From the NCBI GenBank assembly GCA_051294375.1, contig CM119263.1:28495280-28559279 (forward strand): DNA of 64,000 bases, read 5' to 3'. Both the position numbers and the translations under genes were made by a program. Each line of letters opens with the position of its first letter. Position 1 is the stretch's first letter. Below, piece after piece: positions 27,101 through 61,724 of the stretch. This stretch comes from Paraspadella gotoi (Eukaryota; Animalia; Chaetognatha). The notes under the pieces were generated by a model. The model was not told the origin of the DNA. It saw only the letters and a list, made by a program, of their open reading frames with translations, and did no database searches.

Positions 27101-27908
27101 GAGTGGATGGGGCGATTGACCTTGAATTTGGTATGTGGGTAGGAAAGTGTGTGATTAAGCAGGAAATCAAGTTTCGATGGAATCCCCATAGTGGAAATGA
27201 GTTTAAATGGAAAAAAAACCTGTTTCACTAATTGAATATGCTTCTTTTTCATTTTATATCAAATGTAAATGCAGGATGTATTAATTAATCAAATAATTAA
27301 TCAATTAGTCAATTAATTAATAAATAATTAATTATTCAGTCAATAAATCAAGTCAATCATTATTGGCATTATTCTCATCGTCGTCATTGCTTTTGTCGTG
27401 GTGAGTGACGAAAAGATCTAAAAACAAACATTTGGGATCAAAATAATTAATTAATTAATTGCCTAATTAATTAATTAATTAACTTGAATAATTTAATTTT
27501 TAATTAATTAATTACCGATAATGATCGTGGGCAGATCCGACATTGTTTTCTCAAACTTGTTTTTATAAAAAGTCATCTGATGTTATAAATTTTTTTTAAT
27601 TAAAACAATTTTTAGGTAATATAAAATTTAGAGAATTTTATTAAATGTGAAACATAAACTATTCTATTTTCTACGCTTGAATACTCTATACAGTGACTTT
27701 CCTAGTAATCAAATGACTGTGTGTATAAAGTATTCTAACTGCGATCAGTTACTCAGTTAAAATACATAAAAATAACTCAACTACAAGAGGCACAAAAGAA
27801 AATTGATTAAAAAAGATTGAGAATTGTAACTATAAAAGCTTTAAAATATTTGTAAAATAATTTTTAAAATACCTCCATTGCTTCTAGTGGGCGTCCAATA
27901 GGTTCCAT
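23601..27908 (-). CDS. Stand-alone CoA-dependent acyltransferase (alcohol O-acetyltransferase / PapA5 / condensation-domain-like), 5 exons, 474 aa
   Basis: Hand-spliced complement(join(27873..27908,25724..25893,25391..25595,24693..25153,23601..24153)) = 1425 nt. All introns GT-AG, phases 0,2,0,2 match. Protein begins MEPIGRPLEAME and has YPILR, FNTSIGPMW, catalytic LILGFHHAICDGFS (HHxxxDG), LLRRCREH, QNLR, FW and VNTG motifs in the order typical of this family. Confidence 0.88.
24693..25153 (-). CDS. Acyltransferase exon 4, contains HHAICDG active-site motif
   Basis: Acceptor tttttacag then ACA CTG ATC CTA GGT TTC CAT CAC GCC ATT TGC GAT GGA; donor AG|gtttgt; overlaps ORF 24674..25102. Confidence 0.9.
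25391..25595 (-). CDS. Acyltransferase exon 3 (NVNPKEK...SFNTSIGPMWKV...HKH)
   Basis: Acceptor tcctgaag, donor CAC|gtaagc; overlaps ORF 25331..25591. Confidence 0.8.
25724..25893 (-). CDS. Acyltransferase exon 2 (ASYDVPYRS...YPILRMKII...KTN)
   Basis: Acceptor ttttttcag, donor AG|gtaaat; overlaps ORF 25720..25920. Confidence 0.85.
26749..27564 (+). mobile_element. Non-autonomous Helentron-associated (HINE/DINE-1-like) element in acyltransferase intron 1
   Basis: T-run start; 5' subTIR GTCGGATCTGC (26755-26765) with adjacent inverted copy GCAGATCCCGAC (26772-26783); (GTCC)n microsatellite about 26892-26924; 3' subTIR GCAGATCCGAC (27531-27541); short GTTT..AAAC hairpin; T-run end. Related fragments at about 5570-5620 (-) and 5810-5870 (+). 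Confidence 0.72.
27873..27908 (-). CDS. Acyltransferase exon 1 (MEPIGRPLEAME)
   Basis: ATG at 27908-27906, 12 codons, donor GAG|gtattt. RPLxxxE is the usual N-terminal motif of the family. Phase 0 fits exon 2. Confidence 0.75.
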
Positions 27909-29749
27909 GATTTTATTTATTTCTCTTTTTCAAAATCTTCCTCATCGATGATTTAAATATTTTTCCAAACGGTCTTTTGCGAGTATCATCTGAAGTTTAT
28001 CTTGTTTAACCGGTTTTTCAAGTTGATGATAGTTTCAGACAATAATTCTATATTTCAATAATTCTCTTATTCTAGACTTTAAACCTGTCTCTTTGCAGCT
28101 TGCCTAAACTTATCTTTCTTTCTCTTTCTCTTTCTTTATTGGCTACTTAACGCCTGTGATTTTTCATCATAATTTAGTTTTTACTTTTATGCAGTCGCTC
28201 AAACTTATTATTTGGATTCCCTAAATAAGAGGATTGAAATAGCGCCTCTTTGTATACTAACCAAAAATTCCAGATTTTTCGACCCAGAACTTCACTCTCC
28301 CTTAAATTAAAAACAAGTTGATTTTAATTGACCTCACCTGCTGCCCTTTCGATTTTCCATTGTTTCCTTCTTCCTTACCTTACCATTTTCCCCATCTCCC
28401 ATTGACCTCACCTGCTTCTCTTTCGATTTTCCATTCTTTGCTTTGGCTTCCGCTTTTTTCGTGGGTCAATAAATGTCTCCCAAGGAAACCGAAGAAATTG
28501 GTGTTTAAACGGGAGCACGATTGTTTGTACGATCGTTTGTACGCTCGTTTGTATGTGAGATTAATTTTTGCTTTAAGGGAACATTGTTAGCTTTTATGGG
28601 CCTTGAATGGCCTCTTTCTTTACCCGTTTGGGAAAATGTTTCGTAGTAGATTTTTTCCAACTAAATTTATTTTTCATCAGATCCTTTGTTAAACTTCTTC
28701 CTCGCTTTGTCGCTAGTTTATAATTTATAAATTATAGTTTATAATTTATCAAAGTTAAATGTTAAAGGACGATATAACTAAACCTTCCTAGGGGAAAAAT
28801 TGTTTGTCCTTTGCTATTCAACTTGCATGACCTTTGCCATATTTATTAATTTGCTTCGAGAGTTAGCCTTTTTTTTTGCTTTTTACATTTCGCCGTCCGG
28901 AAATTAAGCAGGCGAATCACTTCCTCGTCGTCGTCGTCGTCGTCATCATTGTCGTAATCGTCGTCGTCACTGCCGTCGTCGTCGTCGTCGTCGTCATCGT
29001 CGTCTTTCGCCTTTTGAATCTTGAGAGAGATATCATCGTCTGAGGACGAAAACATCTTTGTGATAATCACACGCACTAACACTATCACATAACACTTGAA
29101 AGGATACGCAAATGATAAGNNNNNNNNNNCGAAAACATCTTTGTGATAATCACACGCACTGACACTATCACATAACACTTGAAAGGATACGCAAATGATG
29201 AGGAAAAGTTAAAGTTAAAAAATGATTCGTAAACCCCAGAAAAAAAAAAGAAAAGAAAAAAATCGAGTTTTTGGGGTGCGGATTTTTTTCGTTGGAGCTG
29301 ACGCCCGAGACTCGAAATCCTGTGGAAAGGCGGTGTCTGAAAAAAAAACAAGCGAAAGGCATGATGCCGGAGGGGGAGGTGGAGGAGGAGAGAGCATGGA
29401 GGAGAGAGGAGTCACAGACAAAGTCGAATCCGATTTTCTCGTTCTAGGTTGTCCTAAAAATTCTTTCTCGCTTTCTATTTTTTAATAATTAGATTGTAGA
29501 ATTAATACATTGAGTAAGTAATTGGGATATATAAAGAGGACAGCTTCGTAATAGAAGAAAATTGAATTGTTTGAATAAATGAAAAAATAAAGAACAAAGA
29601 AAAAAAAAAGATTCATGAGAATGAATGAATGAAAAGAACTGAATTGAATAAATAATGATATGAATGAATCTGATATTGATATTGAATAAATGTAAATCTG
29701 ATCAATTTCAATCAATTAACAATCCAAATCATTAATAAATTCAATCAAT

Positions 29750-32430
29750 TATTTCTTTATACCTTTAATGTTTAAACGTAGATCACAAACCAATAAAAAC
29801 TTAGTTAATTTGAAAGATATAGTATGCAAAATGTCATTTGCCTGCACTTTCATGTCGGTATAGATTTTATATCATTTATTTTTAGATGCTTCAGTGACTT
29901 TTTCAGAATAATAGGAGATGATTTTTAGTCGGACTGCTTATCAGCAGATCCCGACTTTATAATTCACTTTGCTCGGTCCATCAGTCCGCCTGCCATCATA
30001 TTGTCGGGCACACCCTTATATCATGTCAGAACATCAAATTAATGATAAAATTATGGCAAAAAAAAATGATGTCGCGTTTCCGTGTTCCCGTTCGTCCGCC
30101 GTCCCACCCTTTAGCAAAAAACACCAATTGGATGGATGGATTGGAATGAAGATTTTTGGTGGTGGTAGGGAAGTGTGTGATTGAGCTGGAAATGAAGTTT
30201 GCGATTGGAATCGTCCAAGTGGAAATAAGTTTAAATGGAAAAACAACAAAAAAATATATTTCACTATTTGAAACACCCATTGCTCATGAGTGGATGGGGC
30301 GAATTGACCTTGAACTTTGGTATGTGGGTAAGGGAAAGTGTGTGATAAGCAGGAAATCAAGTTTCGATGGAATCCATAGGAAATGAGTTTAAATGGAAAA
30401 AAACCTGTTTCAACTAATTGAATATGCTCTTTTTCATTTATATACAAATGTAGAATGCAGGAATGTATTAAATTAATCCAAATAATTATCAATGAGGTCA
30501 ATTAATAATCAAATAATTAATAATATTCAGTCAATAAATCAAGTCAATCATTATTGGCATTATTCTCAATCGTCGTCATTGCTTTTGTCGTGGTGAGTAG
30601 AGCGAGAAAGATCTAAAAACAAAACATTTGGGATCAAATAATTAATTAATTAACTTGCCATAATTTAATTAATTAATTAACTTGAATAATCTTAATTTTA
30701 ATTAATTAATACCGATAATTGACGTGGGCAGATCCGACATTAGTTTTCTCAAACTTCTGTTTTATGAAAAAGTCATCTGATGTTATAAATTTTTTAAATT
30801 AAAACAATTTTTTAGGAAATTAATTAGAGATTTTATTAAATGTGAACATAAAACTATTCTACTTTTCTGACGCTTGAATAAACTCTATACAGTGACTTTC
30901 CTAGTAATCAAATACTGTGTGTATAAAGTATTCTAACTGCGGATCAAGTTCTCTCAGTTAAAATACATAAAAATAACTCAATACAGAGGCACAAAAGAAA
31001 ATTGAATTAAAAAGGATTGAGAATTGTAACTATGAAAAAGCTTTAAAAATGATTTTGTAAAATTATATTTTTAAAAATACCTCTCAGTTGCTCTAGTGGG
31101 CGTCCAATAGGTTCCATGATTTATTTTCTCTTTTCCTAAATCTTCCTCATCGATGATTTAAATATTTTTTCCAAACGTCTTTGCGAGTATCGGATCCTGA
31201 AGTTTAAGTCTGTTTACCGGTGTTTTCAAGTTGATCGATAGTTTCAGAAAACAAATTAAAATTACCCCCGTAAATATTTTTTCAAAAAATAATTCTCATT
31301 ATCTAGAACGTTAAACCTGTCTCTTTGCAGGCTTGCCTAACTTATCTTTCTTTCTCTTCTCTTCTTGTATTGGCTACTTAAGCCTGTGATTTTTCATCAT
31401 AATTTAGTTTTTAACTTTATTGCAGTCGCCTGCAAACTTATTATTGGAATTCCTAAATAAGAGGATTGAAATAAGCGCTCTCTTTGTTATCTAACCAAAA
31501 ATTCAGATTTTCGACGCCGAGAACTCACTCTCCTTAATATTAAACGAATTGATTTTAATGTGACCTCACCTGCTGCCCTTATCGATTTTCCATTGTTTCC
31601 CCTTCTTCCTTCCTCCATTTTCCCCATCTCCCATGACCTCTACCTGTTCTCTTTCGGGATTTCCATTCTTTGCTTTGGCTTCCTGCTTTTTTTCGTGGGT
31701 CAATAAGTGTCTCCCAAGAACCGAAGAAATTGGTGTTTAAACGGCAGCAACGATTGTTTGTACGATCGTTGTACGCTCCGGTTTGTATGTGAAGATTAAT
31801 TTTCTTAAAGGAACATTGTTAGCTTTTTATGGCCTTGAATGGCCTCATTTCTTTACCCCGTTTGGTGAAATGTTTCGGTAGTAATTTTTCCACTAAATTT
31901 TATTTTCTTCATCAGATCCTTTGTTAAACTTCTGTCCTCCTTTGCGCATTTATAATTTATAGAATTATAAGTTTATAATTTATCAAAGTTAAATGTTAAA
32001 GACGATAATATAGACTAAAACCTTCCTAGGGGAAAAATTTTGTTTGTCCTTTGCTATTCATCTTGCTGACCTTTGCCATAATTTATTAATTTGCTTCGGG
32101 AGAGTTAAGCCTTTTTTTTTGTTTTTAACATTTCCGCCGTCCGGAAAATTAAAGCAGGCTGCCGAATCAACTGCCTCGTACTGGTCGTGGTCGTCTGTCG
32201 TCGTCGTCATCGTGCGTATCTGTCGTAATCGGCGGTCGTCCACTACGCCGCGTCGCGTCGTCGTCCGTCGTCATCGTCCAGAATTTTCGCCTTTTTGATC
32301 TGAGAGAGATATCATCGTCCTGAGGACGAAAACATCTTTGTGATAATCACACACGCACTAACAACTATCAACATAACACTGAAAGATAGACAAATGATAG
32401 AGGAAAAGTTAAAGTTAAAAACATGATTCA
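29750..32430 (+). repeat. Indel-ridden direct duplicate of about 26575-29220 (includes second HINE copy and frameshifted acyltransferase exon 1); probable assembly artefact
   Basis: Colinear with the upstream block at an offset of about 3.2 kb; differences are scattered 1-nt indels typical of raw long reads. Confidence 0.85.
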
Positions 32431-32772
32431 AATATTGATTATTGTTATATTTTTTTCTTTTTAACTTTTTCGCTTTCCTCTTCTTCTTATTCATCTCTCC
32501 TCCTCCGCACTCCCCTTCCTCATTTACTCCCTTTCTCTCATTTCCATCACTTCTTCCTTCCGTTCCTCCCTCCTCTTCTTTGTCCCCGCCCCTCATCTCC
32601 CTTCCTCCCCTTCCTCCCCGCCTTCTCTCGCCCCTCTCCCCTTCTACCCCTGCTCCCTCTCATTTCCTCGTATTCGAACACGAACATTTTTCCTCGCTCT
32701 CTCTTTTCCTTCCAACGTAAAATGCTCGTCCATAAAAAAGCCGGAGAAATTCTCGGTGTTTCTCTCTGCGAT

Positions 32773-32850
<78 letters not shown>

Positions 32851-34675
32851 GAGGAGAGAGAGGAGAGAGAGAGAAGGAACTGGAAAAAGAAAGAAAGAAA
32901 GAAGGTAATGGAAGAAAGAAAGAAAGAAAGAAGAAAGAAAGAGAAAGAAAGAAAGAAAGCAGAAAGAAAAAAGAAAAAGAAAGAAAGATGTAGAAAGAAA
33001 AAAAACGAAACAAGACGAGCGAGAGAGAGAGCTTTTCTTTTCAGGCAAGACCATTAGCTGTTTTTACATGCAAATGGACTTTGAGTCTCGATCCAAGGAT
33101 TTTTTTTTTCCACACAGAACCGCCATTTTTTCCCCTTTTTTTTGGCACGCCATGTTTCGCTCCGAAACCTTGCGACACTCGCTCTCTATGCGAAATAGCA
33201 TGCGTACTCTCTCTCTTCTTTCTCTCTCTCGTCTGCAGTTGCCCCTCTCTCATCTCTCATCTCGTCTCTCTCTCTCTCACGTCCTCCTTCATCAGCGAAT
33301 GTTCTCGCCTGGCCTGGCTCACTGCTCTCTTCTCTCCGCGTCTCTCTCTCCTCTCCTCTCTCTCTCTCTCCCTCACTCTCTCTCGTCTCTGCTCTCTCTT
33401 CTCTTCTCTCCTCTCTCTCCTCTCTTTCCTCATCCCCCTCCTGTCTCCTTATCTTCCTCTCTCTCTCGTCTCAGTCTCTTTGGTCAAGAACACGGGTGAA
33501 CTCGACTTTCTCTTGTTCGCGCATTTAATCTTATTTCATCATTTGAATATCAGAGTCCTGTTTCCCCTTCTTTATTTTTTTTTTTCCTTTAATTTTTTTT
33601 TTTCTTTTTTCCTTCTTTTTCCTACCTGCGTTCCCATCTGCGACTTACTCTTCTAACCCTCTCTATGCTCTCCCGTCCATCCCCTACCTTACCTTTTCTC
33701 CCCTTACCTCTTTTTCCAACTACTTTTTCCCGTGAGTTATTTTCCATCTCGCTTTTCGCGTTCCTGACCTTAATTTTTCCTTCTTTCTTTATTACCTTTT
33801 CCTTTCTCTTTTTTTTTCTTTTCGTCATAAACGCTATGCTATTTTTGCTCTCCTCTCTCGCTCTCTCCCTCTCTCTCCTCGTCGTCATCTCTCTCTGCAC
33901 TCATCTCTCTCACTCTTCTCATCTGCCAGGTCTCCTTCGTCTCTCTCTCTCTCGTCATCTCTTTTACCTTGTACTAGGGTGGTAAAGGGCGTGTGTTTTA
34001 AAACGCTTGATGGTCTTTTTTTCCGTGCGGCCGCCTCTCGGATATCTCTCTTTCTCGCTCGAAACGGCAAGCCATTGAGCTTGAACTTTTGATCTCAAAT
34101 CTTGGTTTCCTTTTCTTTTTTTCGTATAGAAACTCTCTCCTCTCTCTCTCTCCTCTCTTCGTCTTCCTCTCTTCTCTTCTCTCTTCTCTCTCTCTCTCAT
34201 CTTCTCTCTCTCTCTCATCTCTCGGTCTCTTCTCTCTCTCGTCCTCTCTCTCTCCTCTCTCTCTTCTTCGAACATCCTCGGTCGAGTCGCGCGCGATGTT
34301 ATAGGAATGTCGTCGAAAAATAATTTTACAGAAAGTGGAGCTTGTCATCGTCAATTTCAGTTCTATTTTCGACAAATGCGGAANNNNNNNNNNNNNNNNN
34401 NNNNNNNNAAAAACCCAAAAAAAACCTAATCTGAAAAAGAAAACAAAAAAACAAACAAAAAAACAAACCTGATCTCTCGTCTCGCCTCACTTGACGTCGC
34501 TCTTTACTTTAAATTCTTAAAACAGAAGTCAATCAAAACATTTTCATGATTTACGAATTTCTTTCAATTACTACTGGAGGTTTTTTTTTGTTTTTTTTTG
34601 GCATCTCGAAATTTTCACGTCAGGTTTTATATTTTAGTGTTTTAACCATAATTTCATCCATTTTTCTCAAACGCG

Positions 34676-35228
34676 ACGGGGCTTTTTCTCAATCTCAGCT
34701 TTTGACTAACGGCTTTTTTTGCATCGTGGCTTTTTCTCAATCTCAGTTTTTGACTAATGCCTTTTTTTGCATCGCGACTTTTTCTCAATCTCAGCTTTTG
34801 ATTAGCGGCTTTTTTTGCATCGCGGCTTTTTCTCAATCTCAGCTTTTGACTAACGGCTTTTTTTGCATCGCGGCTTTTTCTCAATCTCAGCTTTTGACTA
34901 ACGGCTTTTTTTGCATCGCGGCTTTTTCTCAATCTCAGCTTTTGACTAACGGGTTTTTTTGCATCGCAGCTTTTTCTCAATCTCAGTTTTTGACTAATGG
35001 CTTTTTTTGCATTGTGGCTTTTTCTCAATCTCAGTTTTTGACTAATGGCTTTTTTTGCATCGCGCCTTTTTCTCAATCTTAGCTTTTGACCAACGGCTTT
35101 TTATGCATCTTGGCTTTTTCTCAATCTCAGTTTTTGACTAACGGATTTTTTTTGCATCGTGGCTTATTCTCAATCTCAGCTTTTGACTAACGGATTTTTT
35201 TGCATCGCGGCTTTTTCTCAATCTCAAT
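34676..35228. repeat. 48-bp minisatellite, about 11 copies
   Basis: Unit GCTTTTTCTCAATCTCAGCTTTTGACTAACGGCTTTTTTTGCATCGCG; produces 16-aa periodic ORFs on both strands. Confidence 0.95.
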
Positions 35229-35550
35229 CTTCACCATTTTTCTTTCGACTCACGGGACGAGAAATCCAATTCACGTGAAAATGCGAAAATAATAAAGAAG
35301 GCGACGGGAAAGGCGGAGAGAGAGAGAGAGGCTCGTCTAAAAAAGGGGAGAGAAGAGAAAAGAAAAAGGAAAAAAATGTGCACGCAAGAGAAGAGAGAGA
35401 GATGACTTCGGTGAGATTGAGTATTTCTGGAAGATAAGAAAGGAAACGGGATAAAAGGAGAAGGATAGGAGTAGGCAGAGTGATGTGAGAAAGAAAGTGA
35501 GAAATGGGAGAGAGAGAGAGGAGAGAGAGATTGGAGAGAGAGAGAGAGTT

Positions 35551-35584
<34 letters not shown>

Positions 35585-35759
35585 GGGAAAGAGAGAGAGA
35601 ACGGAAGAGACATGAGAGAGAATGATGAGAGGAGAGAAGAGATGAGAGAGATGGGAGAGAGAATGAGTAGAGAAGAGAGACGACGAGAGAGTGATGTAGG
35701 AAGGAAACCCTCATACAAGAGGATGCTCCTTGTGCGCTCTGCCAAGTGTCAATGGGTGT

Positions 35760-37250
35760 GGCGTACGATGAGTGTTGGGTGTGTGTGTGTGCGGTGCAAC
35801 GTGGGGGGGCCGCGCTCTCGTCGCGCGCGGCGCTGTCTCGCTCGTCGCGCGCGCGCGCGCGCGCGCTGTCGCATTCGGCGACGCGCGCGCGTCGTCGTCG
35901 CGCCGGTTCGCGCGCGCGTTCTGGTGCGCGCGTGCGCAAACGCGTGCGAGCCGCTTGAGTCAACAGGCAGGAATTGAAAACGAAGCGCTGCCCGCCGGGC
36001 GTCCGGGAGGCGCGCCGTGGCCCGGTGGCGGTGTCGGGCCGTGGCCGGTTGTGCGGGCGCTGCCGCCCCGTGGGGGGAGACGAGCCGCTGTCTCCGCGCG
36101 CCGCCGGTGCCCGGCGCCGGCGTGTGAGGAGGTGGTCGCAGGGGCACGGGAAGGGGAGTTCGCGGCCGTGTGAGGCGAAAGGAAAAAGTGTGGGAAGAGT
36201 GAGCAGGGATGATAAAAGCCGCTGAGGCCAAAAAAAAGCGGGATGGTCAAAAGCGGAGATGGGAGAATGAAGCCGCGAGGCAAAAAAAGCCGGGAAGGCC
36301 AAAAAGGCGGAGAGTGGAGGATAAGAAAGCCACGAGGCCAAAAAAAATGTCCGGGTAGGGCAAAAGCGGAGAGGGAGAAAAAGCCAAGAGGCAGAAAAAG
36401 CCGGGGGGCAAAAGCGAATGAGGGAGAAAAAAGCCCACAAGGCAAAAAAGGCCAGTGAGGTCAAAAACGTGAGAGTGGAGAAAAAGCCGCGCCAGGCCCA
36501 AAAAAAGGCTCGCGAGGCAAAAAGCTGAGAGGGTATGAAAAAGCCCTTCGGCGCGTGGGGGGAAAAAGTGGGAGGAAAGGTAGGGGGTAAAACACGTATA
36601 AAGTAGAAAACCGGCGACGGGAAAAAGGGCTAGAGGGCAAAAAAAAAAACAATAAAAACCGCCATAGGAAGGGGAAAGAAAGGAGTAAATGGTGAAAAGG
36701 GGGTAGTGACGGCGGGGGTAAATAAGGGAAAGGAAAGATGTCTGACGGCAAGGGAGGCGAGTAATTTGTAGAGATCAGCGGGGGGCGGGTTGGTGGGCGG
36801 GGCAGATGGAGGGTGGTGGGGGGCGAAGAAGAGAACGATAACGGGACGAGGACAAGCCGCACGGTGCGGGAAAATGTATGTTGGTGTCGTTTATCGATTA
36901 TGCTCTGTGTATTTTATATAGCGCTTTGTCGACTCGAACCGAAAGGAGGGGGCGAAAAGATGATGAGAGATAAGAAAGAGACGGAGAGAGAAGAGAGAGA
37001 ATGAGAGAGAGAGAGAGAGAGGTGAAGAGAGAGGAGGGAAAAAAAGAGAGAGAGGGAAGAGAAGAGAAGAGCAGAGAATGAGAGAGAGTTGGCGAACGAA
37101 AAAAAAAAGGAATAGCGAACAAGAAGAGAGCAAAAGGGAAGCGTCAAGGGCGCCGGGGCCGAGCGAGAAAGAGAGAGAGCCGAGAGGGGGCGCGCCGGGA
37201 AAAAGACGCAGCGGAAAAACAACCCCGGGCCACCCGAAGAAAGGGAGGAG

Positions 37251-37291
<41 letters not shown>

Positions 37292-38567
37292 AGAGAGAGG
37301 AGAGAGAGGACGTGATGGAGAGAGGAGAGAGATAGGAGAGCGGAGAGAGAGAGGCAAAAGAGCAGGGGACGACGAAAGAAAAAAAAGGAAAAGGAAAAAG
37401 GGAAGAAAGGAAAGGAAGGAAAAAAGAAGGCAGGAACGGAAGCGAGAGGAAAAAGAAAGCACGGCGATAAAACGAGGGGGGAATAAAGGGGGGAATAGAA
37501 ATAGGTAAGAGTAGGTGGGAGTGGGGGAGAATGTATTGAGAGAGGGCGGAGAAGAAGTCAAGAGGGGAACGGGAGGAAAAAGAAGCGAAAAAAGAAAGAA
37601 AAAAAAAGGAAAGGAAAAAGAAGAAAAAAACGGGAGAGCAAAAGGAGGGTAAAAAGGAGGAAGGGCGGAAGAAAGAAAGGCGAGGCACCGGGGGACCAAA
37701 GAGAGAAAAGAGCGAGAGAGAGAGAGAGAGAGAGATGTTTGAGAGAGAGAGGAGGAGAGAGACGAGGAGACGAGGAGAAAGGGAGAGAGAGAGAGAGAGG
37801 GAGGAGAGAAAGAGAGAGAGAGAGAGATGAGAGAGAGAGAAATGAGATGAGAGATGGAGACCTGAGCCGAGAGAGGAGAATGAGAGAGAGAGAGAGAGAG
37901 AGGACGCGGCAGTGGTGGCGCGATAGAGAGCGAGGGGCTTGTTTCTTTTTTATGTTGGTGTGTGTTTTTCGGAGCGAAAACAGGGCGGCCAAAAAGGAAA
38001 AAAAAGGGGCGGGGGGAAAAAAAAAGCCGGAGCGAGACGCAAGGCCAGGGGCAGAAAAACAGCTAAGGGGCGGGCTTTTTTTTTTTTTTTTTTAGGGAAA
38101 AGAATAAGCGCGCGCGCGTCGCCCTGCGGGGTCGGGTGGGGCGGGCGGTGCGGCGGGCTTTGTTTCTGTTTGTTCTTGGTTGTCTGTGGTTTCGGCGCGG
38201 TGGGTGAGCGGCGGGCCGGGCGGGCGGGCGGGCGGGCGTGGAGACCGGTCGGGCGGGCGTGGCGGGGCCGGGCCGGCGCGCGTTTCTCTTGCGCGCGCTG
38301 CGCGCGCGCGGCGTCGCGTTCGCTCGAGCGCGCTGCAGCGCGCGCGCGCGCGCGCGCGCGGGCGCGCGGCCGAGAGAAAACACCGAGAAGGCGTCCGGGC
38401 CGGTTAGTGGGGGAGGACGAGCGAGGACGGGGGAAGGAAAGAGAGAGCGAGGAAAAGGTGCTGAGCGAAGACGAGGAAAGGATGGAGGGGGGATGGAGGG
38501 GGGGGAGGTACAGGGGGGAGGAAGGGGGGATTTTTTTTTTTGGAGAAGGGTGGTAGGAAGGGGGGGG
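35760..38567 (-). other. T->G-miscalled reverse-complement copy of about 32430-35730 (fold-back read artefact)
   Basis: Revcomp of 35215-35280 reads CACGTGAATTGGATTTC..GAGTCGAAAG; about 36145-36181 reads CACGGGAAGGGGAGTTC..GAGGCGAAAG. The 48-bp satellite reappears at 36216-36560. (TC)n tracts appear as (GC)n. Confidence 0.85.
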
Positions 38568-38651
38568 NNNNNNNNNNNNNNNNNNNNNNNNNACAAAAGA
38601 AGACGCACGTCATCTCACACGCGACGCACGCAACGACGTTGTCGCGATTCC

Positions 38652-38659
38652 TGACGTCA
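38652..38659. promoter_or_regulatory. CRE-like palindrome TGACGTCA about 300 bp upstream of the receptor ATG
   Basis: Exact TGACGTCA in CpG-rich sequence upstream of exon 1; function not demonstrated. Confidence 0.3.
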
Positions 38660-38954
38660 AGGGAGAAACACCGAAGACGCCGAGGACGACGACGACGACG
38701 ACGACGACGACGACAAAGCAATTAAAAAGCCGCGGAACGACGAAAATAAATATTTAAAATTAAGAAAGAAAAAAAAATGGCGGAAAATTTCCGGAGATAA
38801 GAAAAGAAAAAAAAAACCTTTAAAAAAAAATCAGGAAAATAAAGCGGAATTTTTTTATTTTATTTTAACGAAATTCGGAACAAAAAAAAACTGGAAAAAA
38901 AATTATCCTCTTCTCCTCGTTTGGCGTTTCCACTCCGTTTTCCCTCGGCGACGA

Positions 38955-61724
<22,770 letters not shown>

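Noticed and set aside
29046-29200. Direct repeat of about 70 bp on both sides of an N-gap
   Set aside because: Typical unmerged contig overlap; the duplicate block near 32330 shows only one copy.
34676-35228. 48-bp array as a CRISPR array or repeat protein
   Set aside because: Contiguous units without unique spacers, eukaryotic context, and frame breaks in later copies.
35337-38654. GC-rich block with long Arg/Ala/Pro ORFs resembling a CpG island, rDNA spacer or foreign DNA
   Set aside because: Explained as a T->G-miscalled reverse complement of adjacent sequence; no rRNA motifs.
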